Assembly (NCBI GenBank): GCA_002269645.1
Contig: NIVC01000386.1
Span: 124,001-188,000, forward strand
Length of the DNA stretch: 64,000 nucleotides
Reading direction: 5' to 3'
From: Macrostomum lignano
Taxonomy: Eukaryota
Shown here: piece after piece, positions 10,052 to 21,633 of the stretch
Numbering within the stretch: the first letter of the stretch is position 1
How the letters are laid out: the number at the start of each line of letters is the position of its first letter
Translations under genes and position numbers: made by a program
Notes under the pieces: generated by a model
The model's database searches: none
Seen by the model: only the letters and a program-made list of their open reading frames with translations
What the model was told of the DNA's origin: nothing

Positions 10052-12535
10052 ATGGGGCTCATGAGGCCAATACCTGGCTCCGCTGTCTGCTGGCTGTTGG
10101 CTACCCTGGTATCCGGAGCAGCTGAAGCCGGGAGAACTCCCGTGGAACACCCTGGACTCTTCATCCTGCCCCTGTTTCGGCCGCCGAGTCCGCAGGAGAG
10201 GCGGGCGGTCCGTCATCCGGTAATCTGGAGCGCCCACGAGGCTGGCAGTCGCAGCCGGGCGATGCCGCCAGGCGGCCCAGCGGCCCTGGCCTGCCTACTC
10301 GATGGCCTCGGGACGAACGACACGGCAGCGCTGGAGTCGCTCGAGTGGACGCTGGTGAGCGACGCCGGCCAGGTGACGCGACACAGCCTCCACGGCCAGG
10401 ATGGAGACTTCCGGTTTCACCTGAGCGGAGAGCTGTTCACAGGCCGCTACACCGCTCTGTCAGGGTCCACTCTGATTGTCTCCTCCTTGCCTGCGCGGCT
10501 GCGAGTCGGCTGCCAGTACCGAGCTGCTGGTCTGAACGCCACCGTCAGGTCCGACTGGCTGCTCCTGTGGGATGAGCGGGCGGAGGTCAAGAGATGGCGG
10601 AATGCCAACCTGCACTGCGATCGCACCGTCTACAAGACTCCGGACGGTCCCGACCAGACTGCGCTCGCCGTTGCCTACAGCTGCCTCGGGCTCGGGGACA
10701 CCCGGCTGCTGGAGACAGCAGTTGTCGCGATGTACGCAAAAGCCGGTAAAGCCGGAACCTGTTCGACCGAAGCCGCTTCTCGAGAGAGCAAGTTCAAGAT
10801 TTTTTCGAACTCATCCGACTCGGGACCGAGCTTCTTTGGAGTCGCATTTGGGGGGCGCATTCGATTCGGTTGGACGCTGGGAGCGGGGGGCAGCGAGGCC
10901 AACGCGAGCGCTCAGCCAGGCCAACTCGAGCAGACGGAGACCTGCCTCTGCCTCATGCTGGATGCCACTCTGCCAAGCTCACGGACTGTCCAGCTTCACT
11001 ATTCTATCCCTCAGGCAGCAGCCAGTGCCTCTGTGACCGTGCCTCCGCAGCAGCCGGTGCTCATTGTGCCAATCACTCTCGGAGGCCTTCCCACAGAGGT
11101 GCTGCTGGACGAGCTGCCTGAACGAACAGCGCCTTGTCTGCTCCTGTGCCTGCGGCCAGACACTGCTGCTTGCTGGCACCGATGGGCGGGTCCGGGCCGG
11201 GCCCCCGCTCCCCGAAAACCCCCGGACTCGCAGCCGCTGTCGCTCCAGCTGCGTCACTCAGACAAGCAGGCGGCTGGCATTTGGACCTGCAGCGCCCAGC
11301 TTTACCCAGCTGCGTCTGTGTCATACGCCGTCTCTTCAAAGCCGCGTCCTGCACTGCGCGACCCTCGACTGCCTCGCCGAACTGCGGTGCTGCAATCGCA
11401 GAGCGTCATCTTGAACTGCTCACTGCTCGGCCTGGCTCAGAACGCCAGCGCCGAGTTCGACATCTACGCTTCGATTGGTGCAGCAAACTTCAGTCTGCAG
11501 AAGTTTAAGCGTGTCTTGCCAGACGGTGTCATGGAGCTTAGCGTTAACGTGTCAGCAATCTCGTCAGCCCCAACAGGCGCCATGCTTCTCCTGCGATGTC
11601 GGGGTGCGGAGCTCATTGGGGGGCGCTCGATCGTTGACTATGCGACAGTGAACATTCTGCCCCAACCGGAGGTGAAGTCGCTGGATGCTTGTCCCGACTC
11701 TGACGTGCCTTGCCAGGCGGACTGCCAGTCCCCTTTCGAGTCGCAGCTTCGCTCCCTCGGAGTGTCCATCTCCTACTTGTTCTACATCTACAGCGAGTCC
11801 GGCCAGCTAGAGAGGACTTTTTCCAGCTCAGGCGTGCTGCCTGATGTCAGAAGCTCCGTGGCTGGAAGCAATATTAAAGGCGTTTTGAAGCCGATTTGCC
11901 AGCAGTTTTTTCACCATATCAGCTCTCCGCCAGGCCAAGCCTCAATTGGTTCAATCGGTGGCGCCTCAAAGCAGCTGGATGACATGCTGAAGTTCAGTCC
12001 GGAACTTTGGGATCGGCCGCTATATGGGATGCCGCAGTCTGATGATCCGCAGGGGAACTCCAGGAAGAATTCCACGGCTGAGAACAGGGCCGGCGTGTCT
12101 TCCATGATGTACGTCCTCATCAGCATCTTCGGGGTCGGCGGCCTGGCCATCTTTATGGCGGTCGGTATCGGCGTGAACGAGTGGAAGAAGGACGTTCGGA
12201 ACGCCGACCCGACGCTGATCTCCGACGATCCCGCGCCGACCGACGGACAGAAGAGCGCCACCACGGCCTCCTCCGGGGGCAAGCAGGCGGGCAGCAAGGT
12301 GGGACAAGGCAAGGCGCCACTCGGAGGGATGGGGGCCGCCCGTCAGGTGGATCAGAAAGCGGCTCAAGGAGGGATGGGGGCTGCTCGACAGGCGGATCAG
12401 AAAGTGACTCAAGGAGGGATGGGGGCCGCTCAGCAGGCGGATCAGAAAGCGGCTCAAGGAGGGATGGGGGCCGCTCAGCAGGCGGATCAGAATGCGGCTC
12501 CAGCGGCCAAGAATGCAACAGGTAAAACACCATAG
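10052..12535 (+). CDS. Type I membrane protein with probable Ig-like ectodomain, 827 aa, single ORF
   Basis: Hydrophobic N-terminal signal (AVCWLLATLVSGAAEA). Ig-like signatures include C..LEW..STLIVSSL..C and AAGIWTC. There are several N-x-S/T sites and a TM helix (MMYVLISIFGVGGLAIFMAVGIGV). The cytoplasmic tail has 4 x 15-aa GGMGAAQQADQKAAQ repeats. The Ig assignment is by eye. Confidence 0.7.
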   Translation: MGLMRPIPGSAVCWLLATLVSGAAEAGRTPVEHPGLFILPLFRPPSPQERRAVRHPVIWSAHEAGSRSRAMPPGGPAALACLLDGLGTNDTAALESLEWTLVSDAGQVTRHSLHGQDGDFRFHLSGELFTGRYTALSGSTLIVSSLPARLRVGCQYRAAGLNATVRSDWLLLWDERAEVKRWRNANLHCDRTVYKTPDGPDQTALAVAYSCLGLGDTRLLETAVVAMYAKAGKAGTCSTEAASRESKFKIFSNSSDSGPSFFGVAFGGRIRFGWTLGAGGSEANASAQPGQLEQTETCLCLMLDATLPSSRTVQLHYSIPQAAASASVTVPPQQPVLIVPITLGGLPTEVLLDELPERTAPCLLLCLRPDTAACWHRWAGPGRAPAPRKPPDSQPLSLQLRHSDKQAAGIWTCSAQLYPAASVSYAVSSKPRPALRDPRLPRRTAVLQSQSVILNCSLLGLAQNASAEFDIYASIGAANFSLQKFKRVLPDGVMELSVNVSAISSAPTGAMLLLRCRGAELIGGRSIVDYATVNILPQPEVKSLDACPDSDVPCQADCQSPFESQLRSLGVSISYLFYIYSESGQLERTFSSSGVLPDVRSSVAGSNIKGVLKPICQQFFHHISSPPGQASIGSIGGASKQLDDMLKFSPELWDRPLYGMPQSDDPQGNSRKNSTAENRAGVSSMMYVLISIFGVGGLAIFMAVGIGVNEWKKDVRNADPTLISDDPAPTDGQKSATTASSGGKQAGSKVGQGKAPLGGMGAARQVDQKAAQGGMGAARQADQKVTQGGMGAAQQADQKAAQGGMGAAQQADQNAAPAAKNATGKTP

Positions 12536-13202
12536 TGGCCGCATGTTCTGGAATTCTGGCATCAGAGGTGGCTTTAATTAAACTTGTATTCGAAGTAGAA
12601 AAATTTGAACATTCAACTACTCTAGGGGTGTTGGGTGATGGCTGGGCTCTTGTGGTTTTAATATTTTCACCTGTAAAGTCTAAACTAACAGCTCTGCAAC
12701 CAACCGCACTGATACGAGCGTACGCTTCTACCCTAAAATAACAAAACTTGTACGCGCACAGGTTGATGTGAAGTACGTTTAGTCAAACTGTGAAAACATG
12801 ATCGGAAAATGTCATTTCTACCTGCTGTTTTTTGTCCGGAAACAAAATAAATTTTAACAGTACCTTAAGTACAATGCAAAAATATTTTTAGTTTATTTAA
12901 TTTTTGAAACGCACAGGAATAAAAGATGCGCTTGTTTTCTGTCTAAATATGAGTAGACCTCGCGTGGCTATTCCGGTCGCTTGAATAGGGTTTCCAAAAT
13001 GTGTTAGTATATAGCTGTTAGAGTTAGACTAAACGTTTCTGGAATACATTTTGAAATTTAGGAATCAAAAAAGTTTTACTACACAATAAGGCACAAAGTT
13101 CTCCGCACGAGATGAGACTTTTTGTGAGCACAGTGAAATCCGAGCCAAGTCAAGGATTACTAGAAGTGGTAACTTCTAGTGGTCCTTGAGCCAGGCAGCT
13201 AA

Positions 13203-13544
13203 TTAGCAACGGTGCCCGTACGATGGGTCGATCTTTCCGCAGCCGGAGCACTTGGTGTGGCTGCAGTTCGAGTCGATCCTGTGGCAGATGCGGCACTCGG
13301 TGTGGCTGCATCTCGAGTCGATCTTTCCACAGATGCGGCACTTCGTGTGCCGGCAGTTCGAGTCGATGGCGCCGCAGACGCCGCACTTTGTGTGGTTGTG
13401 CCAGACAGGCGGGTCCAGCTGGCCGCAGATGCGGCACTTGTTGTGCTGCCGGTTGCAGTTCAGCCAGCCGCAGATCTGGCACGCGTGCCGACAGAATGTC
13501 GGAATTGCGGCTTGCCTCTGGCAGGTGTAGCACCAGTTCGACAT
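13203..13544 (-). CDS. Cys/His-repeat mini-protein, paralog A (113 aa)
   Basis: ATG-to-stop ORF of ~7 units of HTKCRICGKIDSNCS (C-x2-C-x6-C-x-H). The paralog at 25151-25444 conserves the ligand pattern and the C-terminus KC..CGKIDPSYGH.C despite nucleotide divergence. Confidence 0.7.
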   Translation of the reverse strand: MSNWCYTCQRQAAIPTFCRHACQICGWLNCNRQHNKCRICGQLDPPVWHNHTKCGVCGAIDSNCRHTKCRICGKIDSRCSHTECRICHRIDSNCSHTKCSGCGKIDPSYGHRC

Positions 13545-13651
13545 GTCTGCTTTGGACAGTAAAGTGTTTAACTCAATTCTATATTTGTACGGTTGCTCTG
13601 CTTCAGTTTACCTGTCTGGACTAGATAGCTAGTTTGCAGGGCGGGAGAGAA

Positions 13652-14264
13652 TTATTTATTCAAAACAATGGACGCAAAAGGACAGGGCTGGAGAGAGAAG
13701 TGGGATGGCGAGGGGTCTGAAACAGAGACAGCAATTGCCATCTCAAGCGTTGCCACGGCTTCTCCAAGCAGCAGATGAGCTTTGCCCACCAGCACAGGAC
13801 TTGGCAGGGGGACGGATTGTAGCCTTTGATCCTCTCCGATGCACCTACCATCCCAGAAGGCATCAATCATTACAGGTGCTGCTGGCGATGAGGATTTTTT
13901 TATTAGAGGCAGGGGGGTTGTGTGCACCCTGGCGCACTTTAAGCGACATAGGCACACAACCTACGAGAGGCATTACTGTCCATTCTGCCGACTCCCCTGA
14001 GCAGGCATACAAGCGCGCGGATACGTACGCAGGCACACACTCACACAGGAGTGGAGTGTACAGCGGCCCTAACTTTATATTATCGTTAGGCATGTAAACT
14101 TCACTGCACTTTGGGGGGTTGGCTCTCAAGGCCGTTCGTTAATTGCACGAGCAGAGCCAAGCCGAGATTCCAATTTAGCCCCAAATTAATGTGACTGCAC
14201 TGGAATCGAGCCTGGGTCGCTGGCACACCAGAGCAGCTGCGCTAGACCGCTGGGCTACGGCCCC
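13652..14264 (-). mobile_element. tRNA-headed SINE-like insertion
   Basis: The minus strand starts GGGGCCGTAGCCCAGCGGTCTAG (A box) with GGCTCGATTCC (B-box-like) ~40 nt later and ends in GAATAAATAA. It is absent from the duplicated copy near 25550. Confidence 0.55.
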
Positions 14265-15681
14265 CTTGGCGATGAGGATAAACTCAGCAGATTCAATGAG
14301 GTGTGCAGTGCTCCAAGAGCCCCAATATATATGTATATTTGCCTTGCGTACAGTACGCACCACCATGCACTTTACGAGTGCGGCCGTTCCCTCCATCACC
14401 CCGCTAGTGGCGTGGCGATTTTCAATAAATTAATATAGAAATTAATATAGTCTATAATTAATAATGTCTATATGGCTTTAGTCACTACAAGCTAAGTATA
14501 GTTATAACTTACCAATTATTCGAAATCTTAGCCAACTTCTGAGGTCTTCTCGAAGCTTTTCCGAACTGAGTGCTCGCAGGCAGAAATTTCGTCAGTTGTT
14601 TTTGCTTTGAGGACGTCCTGTTTAAATAAATATGGGCTGGGCTCGGGCTGAGCCGTATGTGGAGGGGGAGGGGTGCTCACATACAATAGCCATTTGATGA
14701 ACGCATGAAGTAAGAGTTTCTTGAGGCAGAAAGTTTTTTTCAAACTTGTTCTCACAAAAACTGTGCAGAAGAAGCCAAGAGACCCAGAGACAGAACCCGG
14801 AGACACGGCTCTTCTCCAAAGCACAAGTTTGAGCCCTCCGGCCAGCTTACAGCTATCTGAGAATTGGTTGGGAAAGAGCCCTCAAGGCGTGGCCCACAGA
14901 CCCGGGTTCGCGTACTGACCCTGTCTACGTTCGATTCCACCGAACCGCGTACGACGCCGAGTCGTTTGGGACTACGCGGATCGAGCATAAGACGCTCGAC
15001 GGCCATGGGGAAAGACCACGGGGTGTATTACAAATACACACGACCCATTTCACGATAGCTCGAAAGCCGAATTACCGATTTTCGTAAAAGTCCACCATAT
15101 AGATCAAATTTTGCACCTTTCCGACGAACTAACTTTCAAAGTCATCCGACGTCAGTATCGTCGAAATATTCAAATATTCTTGTCGAAGACAACCGACACC
15201 ATACTGTATAAAACTTTATAGTGAATCCATATTGGCTCACTAAGCTGGGCCCATCTGTCGTAGAGGCTTTTGTTTTCAGCATCCCAGGCACCAGGATCCC
15301 CTTCATCACCGTCTGGAGCATCGGCGGCGACCGTCGGGACCTTCAACAAAAGCACCCGATCGGCATCTCAGAGACGGCTGCGCTCCCAAAACTGAAATGG
15401 AAGAATCCCCTTCTGCATGCAGCATTCAGTCAGTAAACATAATCGGTGAATGAAATGTACGATGGCGACCCTCTAGGCTGACCTTTAGACATACAGGCGA
15501 CCTTTGGGACCTTCAACGGAGTGCCACCACGAGGCCCTGACGAGTGGGCAACCCCCAACATCGTGATCAAGGCATCAAACCAGGCATGTCTGCATATTAT
15601 ACAATGCTTTTTGCACAATGTTAAATTTGAGAGTTACTGATATAACTGGCGATTGAAATATATAAAATATTTAATTTGTCA

Positions 15682-15800
15682 AAAATGATATTACAGCATG
15701 TCAAAAATGATATTACAGCATGTCAAAAATGATACAGCATGTCAAAAATTATATTACAGCATGTCAAAAATGATACAGCATGTCAAAAATTATATTACAG
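15682..15800. repeat. 19-22-bp AT-rich tandem repeat (AAAAATGATATTACAGCATGTC)
   Basis: About 5-6 visible copies. Confidence 0.85.
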
Positions 15801-15869
15801 CAAATTCAGAGCAGAAGGATCTGAACACCGCACACATAGACACAAAAGCGGAGTCAATTGTCACTATTT

Positions 15870-17762
15870 AATTTGGTGACAACGTGCGCAGTAATGGTGA
15901 CTCACTGTCTCTTCTATCGCAGTCTGTCTTCGGCGAATTCCTTCGTCACACATGCAACAATTCCGTGTTGTTACACTCAAACACTCAAGGCACGCTTCTC
16001 GTCCTTTGACTTTTGTCTCGCGCATGTTGCACAGCGCTTTCTGCTACCAACTGACACCACAGCCGCCGCTTCGCGTGCCTTTTCCTTCATTTGCTCGTCG
16101 TTGAGTTGACAATCTGCGAGCTGGAACATCAGTCGGTGATGATCAGACAGATTCTGAAGAAGAGCGGCCGATTGCGAGCGCTCCTCGATCAGAGGTTGCA
16201 GAAGTTGCGCAGCTGCCTTGCGCTGGAACTCGTTGCGATAGTTCGGCGAGGCTCCGGGTGTGCCAGTCTCCAGATAGCAGCGGCATTCACAGCTGCTATG
16301 CTGAGTATGCCGCCGGAGAAGATTGCCTTCTCGCATGAGTCGGACTTTCGCTTGCAGTCGGATGTGCGGAACATCCTGTTGCAGGTGTCGGTCCGCCTTG
16401 GGGCAGTAGGACACACACGTAAGCTCCTCAGAAAACCGGAATTCGCTCGTGTGTGGAGCCCTGGTTTGAGTTGAATTCTTGAGATCAGCTGGCAGGCCAC
16501 CACGAGTGCGCATCACTGTTCCAAGAAACGTGAATCCCATTTCTGGTGACTGGCCAGCGCAGGACTCGAGAAGAATCTGTCACATGTGATGTTGTACCAG
16601 TGTCCTCTGAATGGATCAGCCAAGCGGGCAAACAATTTGCTCACTACTCCACACCTGTGAGCCCTTGGCCAGCCGAGCATCGGATTCCTGTGGTGCAAAA
16701 GTAGTGGACAGCAGTGTCCCTTTGCCAGTGCAGATTTCCGCATTGAACACATTGCGGATGTCTGTGTCATCCTGAATCTCTGGATTCCAAGCCGATGTCA
16801 GCAGGACCATTGCGACCAGGCTTCTCCTTCAGAAAGACCGTGAAGTCACAGTCCACACCCCAGTAGACAACCAGAGTTTCATCGACGCAGAGGTACGGCC
16901 CGGGAAGGACAGGAGGGCGCAGCTGACTGACAAAGGTGTCCCACAGGCGTCGGATGCCGTAGAGCTTGTCCGTTGTGGCAGTCCGCTGACAATGTTCGGC
17001 TTTGAACAGTTTCAAAGCACAGGTTGCGCCAAAGTAGTTGAAATCAATTTCGGCTGAACGCACACTGCAGCAGTGGATGGTAGCCAGCATTCACATCAGT
17101 GCTCCACAAGTCTATCAGGGCGACATTGCGCAGATCGTTGGCTCCGCTGTTCAGTAGAGCACCGATTAGCCCTTCAATCTCCATTCTGCTTGCTAGCTCA
17201 GCTGAGTCTCCACATGTTGAGCTGATGCTCTCATTCGTTGCAGCTGTGATCAAATCCAGCATGGAGTCATCGAAGAAGCCCATCAGTGTGCCGCTCTCCG
17301 TTTCAGCGCACTCCTTCCAATTAATGCGTGGATTCAGTTCGTCTGAATGACGAATGATGAGTCGTACTGCCCACAGCCGGTGCAGGAGGTGCTGCTGCTC
17401 ACGCTGCAGGCACCCTACCGGCGAGGTCAAGCGCGAACTCGGCGTTATGTCGACTGTCTGCTGGCTGACGCCGGTGCCCCGGACACTGCCGGTGGCGCGG
17501 CCTTTGTTCGCGCCCAAGCCATGAAGCGCGCCCTGTGACGCTGACTTTTGCCATCCTGACAGCGTATTTTGTTGTTGTTGTGTTGTAGTTTGTCTGTCAA
17601 CCGAGAAACACTGTCACTAGCCCATCGTCTTGGATGTGGAGGGACTTGGGACCAGTTGATTGGGTCATGAGAAATGTCGAACAGAATTTCTCTTTCATCT
17701 GGACCACTCTTATCCGGAGAAAACTCTTTATCCGAATCGCTGTCAGCAAGAGCCTCTGCCAT
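15870..17762 (-). mobile_element. Decayed piggyBac transposase (frameshifted, internally deleted)
   Basis: Motifs in order across frames: FFDDSMLDLITAATN, EIEGLIGALL..G, DKLYGIRRLWDTF, PGPYLCVDETL (D1), KEKPGRNG, NITCDRFFSSPALA (D2), GTVMRTRGGLP, TDTCNRM (D3), and C-terminal Cys-rich RKRCATC..CCMC..HYCARC. TIRs and TTAA were not confidently located. Confidence 0.85.
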
Positions 17763-18912
17763 TCAGAAGCAGGAGAATTTGATTCTACCGGATAGATGTG
17801 TGCGAGTTTGGACGAGAAACAGAATTTATAAGAAGTTTACCCAAGCAGCAACAGTTTCTGCCAGATGCGAGAGATTTGGCGAAGCTAAGCTGAATAGTAT
17901 CAGAAATCTGTGATCCAGAATCTTAAATGATCTTTAAACTAATGAGCCGAGCGGACACGTGCCGAAGTGAGGGTTTACCTGCAGGGGCAATCTAGCCAAT
18001 CAGGATTGAGAGTCGTGAGTTTGATACTCTTAGACAGAACGCGGGTCACCCCCACCCCCTCCAGGGACCGACCGCCTGTGGGCTAAACCCCCTAGTAACA
18101 GTTGCCCCCATTTGTTTTAATCAAATATCGAATTGTAGCAAATTGATTCAATTAACGATGTAGAGAACTGGCACATAAACAAAAGGAGTTACAAGTATAG
18201 TAAACCCCCTTCGTACTAATGTAGGTAATGTTCATGGGGTGTAATGTTCTTTCTGCACTATACACCGGACTAGCTCAATCTAAACATCTGTTGAAAATCA
18301 GGTTTCAGTCCACTTGAATTGTGCAGCTTGACAAATCCTGATTGATTTTCCCGGATTCTCCCATTTAGAATGCATTAGAATTGGCAAATTAGGAGACTCC
18401 GCTTGATCCGATGCGAACAAAAATTCTATAGAATTCCAGACTATTCCATGGAAAATCGTTAACATTTAAAACGTTTATATATACATTACTTCCCAGTAGC
18501 GTGTATCGCTCGTATTTACCCTTTCTTCAATTTGTGAATCTCTTTTGCTGCCTAGGCCATTTTCAGCACGTAGGTCAATCTGTAGGACGGAGTCCATTTC
18601 CTTTCTGAGGGTCTCCAGACCTGTTTAAAGGGTCTTCGATGCCTACTGAGAGCGGTAAAACCACACCCTCGGAGGGACAGGCTACCGCCTGTGCATGCAG
18701 CTTGTTTCATTTCCTCTTCTTCTTTTAATTGTTTATTGGTTAAATTATGTCTCCGGATTTTTTTAGAATTCACTTTATATTCTTCAGTGGATTTATTTGC
18801 CTCTCTGTTGCAGATTTTTTAGCATCTACACGTTTTTAGCTTCTAAGCCTACTTTTCCTATACCTTTAAACAGCTGAAACAATTTTAGGACCATAATTAG
18901 TTATAGCTGAAG

Positions 18913-19149
18913 TTACATTATCAAGGAATCCATTACCTTTTGCAAGCCCTTGGCCATGCTGAAGGCCTTCTCCTGAACGTAAAACTGGGAGCCCTCCCCT
19001 GCTGGCTCTCTGCTTTCGCTGTGCGGTGCACGACCACCTCGGGTGTCTGAAGGGTCTTCATCGAGACTCTCGTCCAGACTCTCGCGGCACGGGCTGACTC
19101 GTGAAGCCTCCTCAGAGCTCTCCTCTCTCATTTCAGGATCGAGCCGCAT
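18913..19149 (-). CDS. Possible isolated acidic/Ser-rich exon
   Basis: ORF begins right after TAG|ATG and has an internal AAG|GTAATG donor candidate; no family recognised. Confidence 0.25.
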   Translation of the reverse strand: MRLDPEMREESSEEASRVSPCRESLDESLDEDPSDTRGGRAPHSESREPAGEGSQFYVQEKAFSMAKGLQKVMDSLIM

Positions 19150-19816
19150 CTACTAGGAACGATCAACTGTTGAGACATTTTCAGATTTGCCTTTGCTCCG
19201 AGAGACTTCGTTATTTTATTTCAGGTGACGGATAGACAACTCTGCCGACGCGTCGAGTCCGCACACCAAGGTGGCAGCAACCCTACCAAAACAAGGCTAA
19301 CATTTTAGGTTTTTCAGGCAAATCGATAGGCACTACAACGGTGCTATCTAGCTACTTCCGGAGCAGCGAGTTCTAATTCTAGGAACATCTTGAAGAAGTC
19401 GGGAAGGAGCGTAACACTTCCAATAGTTTTTTAAGTGCACAACAAATAAAACTGCGAAAGGAGTGCTCAAAAAACATCTTTAAAAATTCCACTAAAAGCG
19501 AAATTCGCTATATCTAACTGGTATTTTATTCCACTTGGCAATTAAAGCCGATGTGATAAGAATCGATGGAAAAAACTTTTGCTGTTTACATACTGGAGTA
19601 TCCAATTGAAGCGCAAAAAAATAAATTTGGCAAGCAAAATCGCATATAATGGCTCTAAAAATCTGCTTAAATCATTGGATGGTAGTGTGACCGAGCCTGA
19701 ATGATTGTTGGTCAATCATATTTTATGCATGCTTGGATAATCATATTTGGCTTCTGAGTTCAAGTTTAGCCTCATAAATCAATTCACTGAATTCTCTGTG
19801 GATGTGGAGAAGCGGC

Positions 19817-21633
19817 TCAACTCTCTCGAGGCTCCGATGAATCGATGCCTTTCGAGGCGCGCTCGCTCGTGGAGCCCTTGCCTGTGATGCCCTCGCTTGT
19901 AGAGCTCTCGCTTGTGGCGCCCTCGCTTGTGGCGCCCTCGCTTGTGGCACCCTCGCTTGTGGCGCCCTCGCTTGTGGCGCCCTCGCTTGTGGCGCCCTCG
20001 CTTGTGGCGCCCTCGCTTGTGGCACCCTCGCTTGTGGCACCCTCGCTTGTGGCGCCCTCGCTTGTGGCGCCCTCGCTTGTGGCGCCCTCGCTTGTGGCGC
20101 CCTCGCTTGTGGCGTCCTCGCTCCCTTCCTCTGAAGTGGCCGTACTCCTTTTGAGCTTTACTTCAGCCAAAATCGGTGTGTGTGAGGTGTATTCCGCTTC
20201 ACCTTGTTTTTCCCGCATAATCCGCCTCTGTCCGAAGCTGACCTTCCAGTTTCCCTGCTTCTTCTGCCGCAGTGCGAAATTGTCGATTGTTCTGCCTTTC
20301 TCTGATGTGCCGCCCTCATTGAGTGCCAGCTCCAGATTCAACTTTTTGATTTTTTTATGCCATTCGGTTCCATATTCCAGTCTCCGCCGATCATGACGGA
20401 GTCGACATCTTGACCATAACTCACCATCGCTTCGTGTAAAATCCCATAGGCTTTCTCCTTATTTCTCTTGTGTGGCAGATGAACAGAAAAGTACATCAGG
20501 GTCATCCCAGTTTCTCTATGCTTTAGCTTGACAGCCAAATAGCGACCTTCTGCTGAGATGTCATAGTGCCCAGATTCCTTGTCTTTGCCACTTTCCTCAA
20601 TCTCTCTCACAGCGAGCTGTTCCCAAACTTCTGGGTCAAACGCAGTCACGATATTGTCTCGCCCCTTGATGTTATCAACTTCACAGCTCCACTCTAATTT
20701 TTGCACAAATTCCCGACCAGCCTCGATTCTGCTCAACTTAGAAACGGTCAGGATGCTCAGCTGTTTTGTTTCTTCCTGGATATGCTTCACCAGCTGCTCG
20801 AGACCGCTGGCAAGCTTGTCTCCCTGAAGTTTATCCATGCGATCGGTCGCATCAGCGTTGATGGCCAAAGCGAAGAAGCTCGCAGCCTCATCGAGCTTTA
20901 CTTCAGCCAAGACCGGTGCGTGTGAGGTGTATTCAGCTTCACCTTGTTTCTCCCGCATAATCCGCGCCTGTCCGAAGCTTCCGAAGCGGGAGACCTTCCG
21001 ATTTCCCTGCTTCATCTGCCGCAGTGCGAAGTTGTCGACATCTCCGGGGAGTGCCAGCTTTAACTCTAGATTCTCCTCTTTGAAAGTTGTTTTTATGTCA
21101 TTCGGCTCCATATTCCAGTCTCCGCTGATCATGACAGAGTCGACATCTCGACCATATCTCACCATAGCTTCGTTTAAGGCTGCGTAGGCTGTTTTCTTAT
21201 CATCATTACTCCTGTATGGCAGATGAACAGAAAAGTACATCAGGGTCATCCCAGTTTCTTTATGCTTTAGCTTGACAGCCAAATAGCGACCTTCTGCCGA
21301 GATGTCATAACTTATTGTCATAACTTTTCCCCGTAACACAGGGAGCTGTTCCCAAACGTTTGGGTCAAACGCAGTCAGGATATTTTCTCGCCCAAAGTTA
21401 TGAAGTTCGCAACTCCATTTTAATTTGCGCTCCAATTCCCGACCAGCCTTGATGCTGCCCAGCTCAGAGACGGTCAGGATGCTGAGCTGCTGTTCTATTT
21501 CTTCCTGGACATCCTTCACCAGCTGCTCGAGACCGCTGGCAAGTTTGGCTCCATTGAGTTTCTCCATGCGATCGGTCGCGTCAGCGTTGATGGCCAAAGC
21601 GAAGAAGCTCGCCGAGTCTCTGCTGGCAGCCAT
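19817..21633 (-). CDS. Stand-alone EEP (endonuclease/exonuclease/phosphatase, DNase I fold) protein with two tandem domains and an EGATS repeat tail; 1-nt frameshift near 20355
   Basis: Each domain shows AINAD, ILTVSE (S-K in domain 2), FSVHLP, GDWN, (T)IDNF and TSH.P.LAEVKL. The ATG follows the acceptor CTCTCTCTGCAG|AA. One extra A in an A-run joins the ORFs 20338-21633 and 19817-20341. There is a ~13-copy 15-bp repeat at 19905-20115. Confidence 0.75.

Larger units (their letters stand above)
12557..14879. repeat. Segmental duplication, copy A (copy B ~23152-26120)
   Basis: Collinear, same-strand similarity: 12557-12950 vs 23152-23540, 13015-13140 vs 25015-25137, the Cys-rich genes, and 14505-14879 vs 25765-26120. 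Confidence 0.9.

Noticed and set aside
13652-13870. DAFWDG..HLLLGEAVA resembling a DIRS-type RNase H
   Set aside because: The similarity is limited to a few residues and lies within the SINE-like insertion; not supportable without a search.
14190-14264. tRNA gene on the minus strand
   Set aside because: A and B boxes are present, but the acceptor, anticodon and T stems do not pair; treated as a SINE head.
14880-18090. Termini of the piggyBac element (CCCTCA at 14880; partial inverted matches near 17970-18085)
   Set aside because: The inverted matches are short and interrupted, and no TTAA or other matching TSD flanks them.
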